A stretch of 64,000 bases of DNA from Octopus sinensis (lineage: Eukaryota): positions 135,780,001-135,844,000 of the forward strand of contig NC_043000.1 in NCBI RefSeq assembly GCF_006345805.1, written 5' to 3'. Positions 53,310 to 64,000 of this stretch are shown one piece after another. Position numbers and translations under genes: made by a program. The notes under the pieces were generated by a model. It saw only the letters and a program-made list of their open reading frames with translations, was not told where the DNA came from and did no database searches. The stretch's first letter is position 1. Every line of letters begins with the position of its first letter.

Positions 53310-53505
53310 GTTCGCATGCTGAGCAAAATGCTTAGCTATATTTCGCCCGTCGTTAAGTTTTGAGTTCAAATTCCGCCGAGGTCGACTTTGCCTTTCATCC
53401 TTTCGGGGTCGATAAATTAAGTACCAGTTGCGTACTGGGTTCGATGTAAGCAACTAGTTCCCTCTCACAAATTTCACGCCTCGTGCCTGTAATAGAAAGG
53501 ATTAT
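53310..53505 (+). mobile_element. SINE family A variant
   Basis: gagttcaaattccgccgaggtcgactttgcctttcatcctttcggggtcgataaattaagtaccag. Confidence 0.85.
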
Positions 53506-53793
53506 TATTCCGTTATAGGAAAACATCTTCAAGGATTTCAGCTTATAATACCGGTTTCAAATTTTGGCACAATGCCAGTAATTTCAGTGAAATTATTTAT
53601 TGAACTCATTTCTCCCGTATATAAAACCAAACATTCTCATGTGTGTATATGCGTGCATGTGTGCATTTACAATTAATTACCTTATATTTCTTGAGAGATT
53701 TTTATATACACTTTCCTAGTCATAGGACAATATTTTGAAGATACGTATTCAAACATTTACTCCGCTTTAACTTATCCCAAACCCTTTCTTACT

Positions 53794-53845
<52 letters not shown>

Positions 53846-54865
53846 GCAATCTATCTATTTTCTCTTACCTCTCTTTCTCTATCCATTTTTTCGATGCTAG
53901 TATGGATGTCGTTATTCAGTTTTATTTCAAGATTTCTAACCTAGATCCAAGGCTCCTTAATCCGTTTGTCTGACCTTGTTTGTCCCCTCTATGTTTAGCC
54001 CCTTTTGGGTAGTAAAGAAATATATATTATACATACTTATTGTTCTCTACTACGAATTCTATAGGCGTGATGAGTTACACAGTGAGTATACTCGGTAATG
54101 AATAGATATATAGTGCGAGTTTTGTGAGCGAGCCGACTCGTCTTGAGAGCTATGCCTTAGCATGGTCACAGACTATTGGTTATAACCAGTAAGAGAAATA
54201 TCAATGATTTTGAAAACCTAAATGCAAAATGTATTATCTTAACAGAGAGATTGGTCGCCATCTCAACTCTGTATATATATATAGAAGAAAATGTTTAGCA
54301 AAAACATCTTTATATACATTGCTATTTAATACATGCGTCGATATGTGTGTGTGTATGTGTGTGTGTGTGTGTAAATATACACTGGGAGAAAGAATGACTG
54401 TAGTGATAGCAACCGTTTATATAAACCCTCACATTAGTTCGCCAAAGGTACGCCAATATGCTAAAAAAAAAAAAAGAAAACATACACAAAAGTTAAAACG
54501 AAGAAGCTCTTTAAGTTTGCCCAGAGGAACAAACAAAACACGCAAACTGACAGAAAAACAAATCGACAAACATCTTATAAAAAGTAATATAAAAATGATA
54601 GATGCCGTTCAAAGATGGCTGCATTTGAAAATAGAGTGTATCGTTTGTATTTTCTTATATATTTTTATTAAGAGATAATATCCTTTTTAAGCAAGTAAAA
54701 CATAAGACTACTCATCTGTCTAAATATCCAGTCATATCTTTTCTCTCCCCTCTCCCTCTATCTCCCCCCTCTCTCTATGTACATACATATATACGTAGAC
54801 GTATATGTATGCATGTATGTATGTATGTATGTATGTATGTATGTATGTATGTATGTATGTATGTA

Positions 54866-54894
<29 letters not shown>

Positions 54895-54911
<17 letters not shown>

Positions 54912-54992
54912 CGCATATGTTTATTATACATGTAGAATATATTACATTTCATATATTATGGCATGCGTATATACACACAAATATATAATATA

Positions 54993-55041
<49 letters not shown>

Positions 55042-55133
55042 TATATATATATATATATATGTATATATACGCATATGTTTATTATACATTTCATATATTA
55101 TGGCATGCGTATATGCACACAAATATATATATG

Positions 55134-55183
<50 letters not shown>

Positions 55184-55364
55184 ATTTATATACATGTTTA
55201 AAGACAGTTGCATTAACAGCAAAAACATATAACGGTATATATATATATTATATATATATATATATATATAATATATATACATATATATATGTATATATAC
55301 GCATATGTTTATTATACATGTAGAATATATACATTTCATATATTATGGCATGCGTATATACACT

Positions 55365-55459
<95 letters not shown>

Positions 55460-55502
55460 GTTTAAAGACAGTTGCATTAACACTAAAAACATATAACGGT
55501 AT
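54895..55502. repeat. Compound tandem duplication of unique 50-80-bp blocks separated by (TA)n
   Basis: gcatatgtttattatacat...ttatggcatgcgtat occurs three times. catgtttaaagacagttgcattaaca...aacggtata occurs twice. Confidence 0.88.
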
Positions 55503-55881
55503 ACAAGCACGCAAAGATAGCTGCAAAAACTAACGTATACTGACAAACATACCTATACAACAAAAGTAGGTTGTGAAACACACACACACACATGCATCCT
55601 GCCCGCTACAATCATGCCCACCTCCACATGTACAAGCGCCCCTCCCCTGTCCCCACTAAGGACAGCATGTTTGTCAAGTGGAAGTGATATGCATCAATCA
55701 ATCTAAACAGAGGATTAACCAGCGATACAGAAAATAACAAGTATGCTTTCCATGGTAAACATTCAATAGCATAAAGATATATAACTTCTTGCTAAAGAAC
55801 GCTAATATTTTGTGTGGAATGGTGACGTAGTCAAGGAATATATATAAAATAATCACACACACACACTTAAATATATATATA

Positions 55882-55934
<53 letters not shown>

Positions 55935-55954
55935 ATGTATATATATATTATGTA

Positions 55955-56022
<68 letters not shown>

Positions 56023-56023
56023 G

Positions 56024-56095
<72 letters not shown>

Positions 56096-56153
56096 TATTT
56101 ATATCGATTGCTATTTTCCAGTAAATATCGGTGCCTTGTGGTACCATTTATCT

Positions 56154-56210
<57 letters not shown>

Positions 56211-56247
56211 CATACATACACATACTATACTTACATACGTAAAAATA

Positions 56248-57664
<1,417 letters not shown>

Positions 57665-57685
57665 ATATATATATATATATATACA

Positions 57686-57901
57686 TACTCTTTTACTCTT
57701 TTTTTTTACTTCTTTCAGTCATTTGACTGCGGCCATGCTGGAGCACCGCCTTTAGTCGAGCAAATCGACCCCGAGACATTCTTTGTAAGCCCAGTACTTA
57801 TTCTATCGGTCTTTTTTGCCGAACCGCTAAGTGACGGGGACGTAAACACACCAGCATCTGTTGTCAAGCAATGCTAGGGGAACAAACACAGAGACACAAG
57901 C

Positions 57902-57932
<31 letters not shown>

Positions 57933-58104
57933 CATATATACGACAGGCTTCTTTCAGTTTTCGTCTACCAAATCCACTCACAAGGCTTTGGTCGGCCCGG
58001 GGCTATAGCAGAAGACACTTGCCCAAGATGCCACACAGTGGGACTGAACCCGGAACCATGTGGCTGGTTAGCAAGCTACTTACCACACAGCTACTCCTGC
58101 GCCT
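57686..58104 (-). mobile_element. SINE family C
   Basis: Matches 51333-51793. Confidence 0.92.
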
Positions 58105-58136
58105 ATATCTATCTATATATATATATTATATATATA

Positions 58137-58169
<33 letters not shown>

Positions 58170-58171
58170 TA

Positions 58172-58243
<72 letters not shown>

Positions 58244-58356
58244 TATATACATATAATATATACATATATATATACATATATATATATACATATACATATA
58301 CATATATATATACATATACATATACATATACGCGATGGTGTCTGTCTCTCTATTTT

Positions 58357-58435
58357 TTCCCCTGACGGAGTTATTAGCGTGATGCATCCTAGTGCCTTAA
58401 ACACAATAATATACCCCTGAAATGGCCATAGGGAA
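58357..58435 (+). ncRNA. Hammerhead-like motif with long stem II (A9 replaced by G)
   Basis: ttccc-CTGACGG-~50 nt-GAAA-TGGCCA-TA-gggaa. Stem I is 5 bp and stem III is the palindrome ATGGCCAT. The insert contains a ttatt/aataa pairing. Confidence 0.55.
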
Positions 58436-58664
58436 TTTAGTAAATGTGGTTTTCTCTTATTCGATAAGTAATTTTATAAGATTTTCTAAACGATGAACGT
58501 TTATTTTATTTTACATTATATATTATATATTTTTATATGCTTCCTATATTTATATATTCCATCTTCCGTGATGTCTAAATATATTTTCTATGATTAAATG
58601 TTCGAGTTATGAAATGTTATTGGATGACCTTCCATTTGTTTGTTCTATAACTTTAGTTTGATAT

Positions 58665-59125
<461 letters not shown>

Positions 59126-59289
59126 GTCAGTAAATATTTGTGTGTGGGTGTTTCATTTTTGTGTACTTTGGTATGTGCATGCATGAATATGTTGTAACAA
59201 AAAGGATTATACGAACTAGAGATAAAAAGAGAGATAGGGTGCTTTGAATGTATTGTAGAGCTGCATGATATCAATTATTAAGTGGATAA

Positions 59290-61300
59290 CTACACTAAAA
59301 ACTATGTATTTCGCGTTTCCAATCTTTTAAAAATTGGGAACTTGTTCGGTGGTTGGTATATCTCTCAATTCCAATGTTGGAATCTAGACCTTCCAGGATA
59401 TTCTATATGTATACCACTGCATATCTTTCGCTTTTTCTCTCTAGGGAGTAGAGCTTGAGTTCCTGTAACTTTTTTCCAGTAGCTCATTTGTTGCACCGAA
59501 TCAATCATTCGTCACCAGTTTGTCGCTTTGCGATGACCACAACTAGGAGCCGTAATCCAGATGACCGAGAACGAAAGTTCTCAATAAGAGTAGCGTGATA
59601 CCCTTTCCTTGGTTCTGAATGATATCTAAATCCATCCAGCTACTCACTGGCACAGTGTTGACATCTTGTTGCCATCACGCTGCCACAGTATTGCCATCTC
59701 TTTTTATTCCTAGTTCGAATAATTATTTGTGTTACATTACAACATATTCATGTATGCACATACCAAAGTACACAAAAAGGAAACACCCACACATACATAT
59801 TTACTGATACTCCGTCGGTTACGACGACGAGGATTCCAGTTGATCCTGCGTTGCCATCTTGGAAATATGCACATGGAATGTTGTAACATTTCGCATGTGG
59901 ATTCTCAGTTAATGCACAAATCCTGACTCTGTGATTGCTCTACTCACTGGTCCTGAGTATTCCAACTGTAGTTTGCGTCTGGGCCGATAGTGGAGTACTT
60001 GAAACTTCTCAGCATTGAACTTCATGTTATTTTCATCAGTTCTCTTGTATATTGCATTCAGATCTTTCTGAAGTTTTAGGAGTCATCAGAGTCTTTGAGT
60101 GATTGTGATACTTATGCATTATCAGTATAGTTGGTGAGAGTGGCTGACCGCATGGCTGAGAGTATGTCTGAGAGAACCAACCCAAATAACAGTGGTCCCA
60201 GTACAGTTCCTCGAAAGACGCGAATTTGTGTCTCCCCAGAGAAAGTTGCAGCTGTCTGACTTCTGCCTTTTAAAGTCATGCAGCCACTCTTCCGCTTTTC
60301 CAGCAGTATGAAGGTCATGCAGTTTGTAGCATGTCATCCCCTTATCAATTTTAGCGAAGGCCTTGGCAAATTAGAGATAAATCACATCCACATTTGAGTG
60401 GTTGAGCTGTCGTTTCAGTACCATTTCCTAATACTACAGTAGGTGTAAGAAGTAGCTCCTGCCTGGACGGAAACCATGTTGCAAGTTTGTGAGCAAGTTA
60501 TTTTCTTCTAGGAGTGCGATAAATCCCCTGTTAATGCAATCTATGACCTTGCTAACATGTGAAGTCAGAGAGATAGGCTTGTAATTTCTAGCATCTTCAT
60601 TGTCTCCTTCGCGGACAGGGCAAATGATACTTATTGCATGCAAGGAAATTCTGCAAAAAATATCTGCAGTGGTTTTGCGAGAGCTTTCTTGCATATCTTT
60701 AAGAGTACAACTGGACCTGTTTATCTATCTGGACCTGTTGATGTTTCTCAGTTCACTCAGTAATGATCAATATTACATCTTCCCCATTTATGTCGATGGT
60801 TGCGTCTTTCCCTTGTAGATCTGTGGTGTTGAAGAAGTCATCTGGGTTGCTTAATTTCATATATCCCAGTGGAATGTTGAAGTCAGTTTGGAATCATTTA
60901 TTTAGAACTTCACTTATCCTTTCGGTGTCTGCAGCTTGTGGGTCGTTTCCAAACAGTGGTCATACCTTGTAGTGTAACAAGGCAGATTTTATTCCTTCGC
61001 AAACTTGTAGAAGGCTTTAGGATTCGTTTTTATCTTTTCCACTACCCTGGTTCCTCTTTCTACCCTTTCCTCTTTATGGTAGAAATTGAATACATTTTCG
61101 ATCTCTACGAGTACCTCATTGAGGTGGGATTTCTCGCTGTCATTAAGTTGTTTATTTAAGCGATTTGAGATCTTTATTCTCCGTCTCGTAATAATTCTAC
61201 TGTCTCAGGAATTATTTTTTTGTAAGCATTGTCTCTTTTATTTGGGGACAAAATTAACGCCTATGGTTCGCATTATTGATATGAATACTTTAGGTTTCAT
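59290..61300 (-). pseudogene. Decayed CR1-group LINE ORF2 (RT region), related to 33511-34293
   Basis: NYKPISLTSHVSKV...QHGFRPGRS, VDVIYL*FAKAF, GTVLGPLLF...NYTD and a C-terminal YSLERK.ERYAVVYI remnant. The right boundary is approximate. Confidence 0.85.
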
Positions 61301-61414
61301 ATACATACTACGAGCCTTATATCATTGATCTTTCAAATTTTAGCATAAGGTCAGCGATAGCAGGGGTGTGCGTAAGTCCATTACATAGACCACAGTTCTC
61401 AACTACTACTTCCT

Positions 61415-61540
61415 TTGAGGACCCCGAAATGAAGAAAGGCAAAGTCGACCTCGGCGGAATTTGAACTCAGGATGTGAAGACGAATGAAATGCTGCTAAGC
61501 ATTTTTCCCGACGTGCTAATGGTTCTGCCAGATCGCCGCC
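61415..61540 (-). mobile_element. SINE family A, 5' part
   Basis: aaaggcaaagtcgacctcggcggaatttgaactcag...ttctgccagatcgccgcc. Confidence 0.82.
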
Positions 61541-61688
61541 TTGCAAGCTTCATATTATTGATATGGTGTTTACATGTGTGTATGCGCGCGCACGTATGTG
61601 CGTGCGTGTGTGTGTGTGTACGGGATATCATCATTCTACAAAAGATTATAATGTCAAGACTTTAATACAACATTGCTGATCAAATACC

Positions 61689-61919
61689 TATTTCTTTATT
61701 ACCAACAAGGGGCTAAACACAGAGAGGACAAACAAGGAAAGACAAACGGATTAAGTCGATTATATCGACCCCAGTGCGTAACTGGTACTTATTTAATCGA
61801 CCCCGAAAGGATGAAAGGCAAAGTCGATCTCGGGGGAATTTGAACTCAGAACGTAACGGCTGACGAAATGCCGCGAAGCATTTCGCCCGGCGTGCTAACG
61901 TTTCTGCCAGCTCGCCGCC
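61689..61919 (-). mobile_element. SINE family A, full length, with 16-bp TSD
   Basis: TSD ttgctgatcaaatacc at 61673-61688 and 61920-61935. Confidence 0.93.
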
Positions 61920-62822
61920 TTGCTGATCAAATACCCTTTAATTACATATTGAAGAGGAAAAGCACGACATCCGACCTAAAGGCAAAGTAAAGGCATGCAC
62001 GCCACTAATTGCAATAGTCGTTGTTATTGTTGGTTTCAATGATTTCAATGTAGCACTTGCAATTACTCAATTGATACAAAAGAGATAGCTACGTCGCTAG
62101 AGGAAGTACTTGATTTTAGAAATTTTAGGGTCGCATCGAAATATTTTATATGCAAGTAATGCCGCCGCAATCCCTTTCAGCTAGTCATCTTCAAGATTCT
62201 TGTCATATAAAATATCCTTATGAAATATTCATACGAAATATTCACCAAATTTCTTTCAATTTATTTCATTGGCAGCCATTCTTCTTTCCTTTGTTTCATT
62301 TCTTCTAAATCTTCTATCAATCCTTAAACAGATTACAGAAAATTATAAACTTTGCCCTTACACTTTAACCCGAAATCCTAGTCCCAAATTTTTACTTTAT
62401 ATTTGCAGCTAAGCTAATATTTCATATTTGTAAGCGCTCGACCTTAATTCTAATCCAAAAATGTTTGACCTCTACTCTAAAATGTCTACTTTTACTATCG
62501 TTATATTCGTTAGAAAAGTGTATTATCTTTCTTATGTCAATATTACAATACTTCAGAACAACAGCTCAGAAAAATATATTTTCCACTGATGACATATAAG
62601 CAAATTTTCCGAGATAGCGTTTTACCCAATATAAGTTTCAATAAGGAAATATTTACTGCACATAAACGACATTCTGATCCCATTAAGATTCGAATAAATT
62701 ATCTACTAATTCTATATACATAAATATATACCAATTACAGCATACACACTCCTGTGTAGGTGTATGTATATGCATACAGACAAAAACATATATATTCATT
62801 TAATTCTTCATTTGAATTACTA

Positions 62823-63195
62823 TTTTACTTGTTTCAGTCATTTGACTGCGGCCATGCTGGAGCACCGCCTTTAATCGAGCAGATCGACCCTGGGACTTAT
62901 TCTTTGTAAGCCCAGTACTTATTCTATCGGTCTCTTTTGCCGAACCGCTAAGTTACGGGGATGTAAACACACCAGCATTGGTTGTCAAGCAATGCTAGGG
63001 GGACAAACACAGGCACACAAACACATATATATATATACATATATACGACGGGCTTCTTTCAGTTTCCGTCTACCAAATCCACTCACAAGGCTTTGGTCGG
63101 CCCGAGGCTATAGCAGAAGACACTTGCCCAAGATGCCACGCAGTGGGACTGAACCCGGAACCATGTGGTTGGGAAGCAAGCTTCTTACCACACAG
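62823..63195 (-). mobile_element. SINE family C
   Basis: Matches 51333-51793. Confidence 0.92.
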
Positions 63196-63374
63196 GGCTG
63201 TATGGTCAAATAGTCTTCACAAACAGGAGGCCTTGGATCCGATCATACTGTACGAATTCTTGAAAAAGTGACGTTTACTCTATCCCCGGGTTGATCCATA
63301 CCGTGCCAGTGAAAGTGAGTTGACAGAAACTGCATGGAAGCCAATCGCATTGATTGTAAATGTTATTCAAAGAT

Positions 63375-63661
63375 GGGAAGCACTCCGTCGGTTACGACGA
63401 CGAGGGTTCCAGTTGATCCGAATCAACGGAACAGCCTGCTCGTGAAATTAAAGTGTAAGTGGCTGAGCACTTACAGTTGTGGCTGAGAGAAAGTTGTGGT
63501 GAAAGAGTATAGCAGGGATCACCACAATCCCCTGCCGGAGCCTCGTGGAGCTTTTAGGTGTTTTCGCTCAATAAACACTCACAACGCCCGGTCTGGGAAT
63601 CGAAACCGCGATACTATGACCGCGAGTCCGCTGCCCTAACCACTGGGCCATTGCGCCTCCC
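63375..63661 (-). mobile_element. Mosaic SINE: family E-type head + family B tail, 11-bp TSD
   Basis: Head GGAGGCGCAATGGCCCAGTGGTTAGGGCAGCGGACTCGC, tail near-identical to family B. TSD tattcaaagat at 63364-63374 and 63662-63672. Confidence 0.88.
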
Positions 63662-63890
63662 TATTCAAAGATATAGACTTTCAACAATGCATTACATTGA
63701 TTCTGGAAGAGAATTATGTTGAGGGTATACGTGTCTGTGGATTTTCAGGAGCAGGTAAATTAGTTGATTAATCAACTGAATCTGTATCGTTCATTAACTG
63801 AAATCCGTAATATACATTAATGTATTCGACTGATAATTTACGCATACTTACTTCTGTATTTATGTATATTTATAACATAAAAACCGAAAA

Positions 63891-64000
63891 TGGCTCTGAC
63901 GATAGTAACATTAATTTTCTAGGTCGTTCAATTTTCTAAACCAATCAATGGGCCGATTGATTAAAGCTCTCAATAACGAACCTATAATGATTACTGGAAA
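63891..64000 (+). ncRNA. Hammerhead-like motif with 94-nt stem II, cut by the window end
   Basis: tggct-CTGACGA(63896)-tagtaa catta...taggtcgtt...aatcaat gggccg attgatt...aacgaaccta taatg a ttactg-GAAA(63997-64000). Nested helices close exactly between the two core boxes. Confidence 0.65.

Noticed and set aside
53611-53901. Third Helitron-like element (TC...CTAG|T)
   Set aside because: No subterminal hairpin and no similarity to the other two copies.

Overview
AT-rich, microsatellite-saturated eukaryotic DNA. The 5S rRNA sequence and the SINE/LINE repertoire point to a coleoid cephalopod, most likely Octopus; this is recognition from memory, not a database result. I found no host protein-coding exon, and almost all listed ORFs are translations of simple repeats or SINEs. 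Supported content: (i) a small tandem 5S rDNA array on the minus strand (~14.7-17.2 kb) with two alternating gene/spacer types, one deleted gene and a truncated last copy; (ii) a 5'-truncated Penelope-like element with RT-thumb, GIY-YIG endonuclease and a minimal hammerhead ribozyme; (iii) CR1/L2-group and RTE LINE remnants; (iv) two mariner relics and two DD37D (maT) relics; (v) two non-autonomous Helitron-like elements; (vi) at least five tRNA-headed SINE families. The most unusual signal is a set of 6-8 dispersed type I hammerhead-ribozyme-like motifs (CUGANGA...GAAA-palindrome-UH). Several have unusually long stem II inserts (25-94 nt) and sit in short non-coding, microsatellite-associated modules, one inside a perfect 118-bp inverted repeat. 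They may be Penelope pLTR remnants or a retrozyme-like family. A SINE family also shares its 3' tail with a CR1-type LINE in the same window, including a compensated hairpin.
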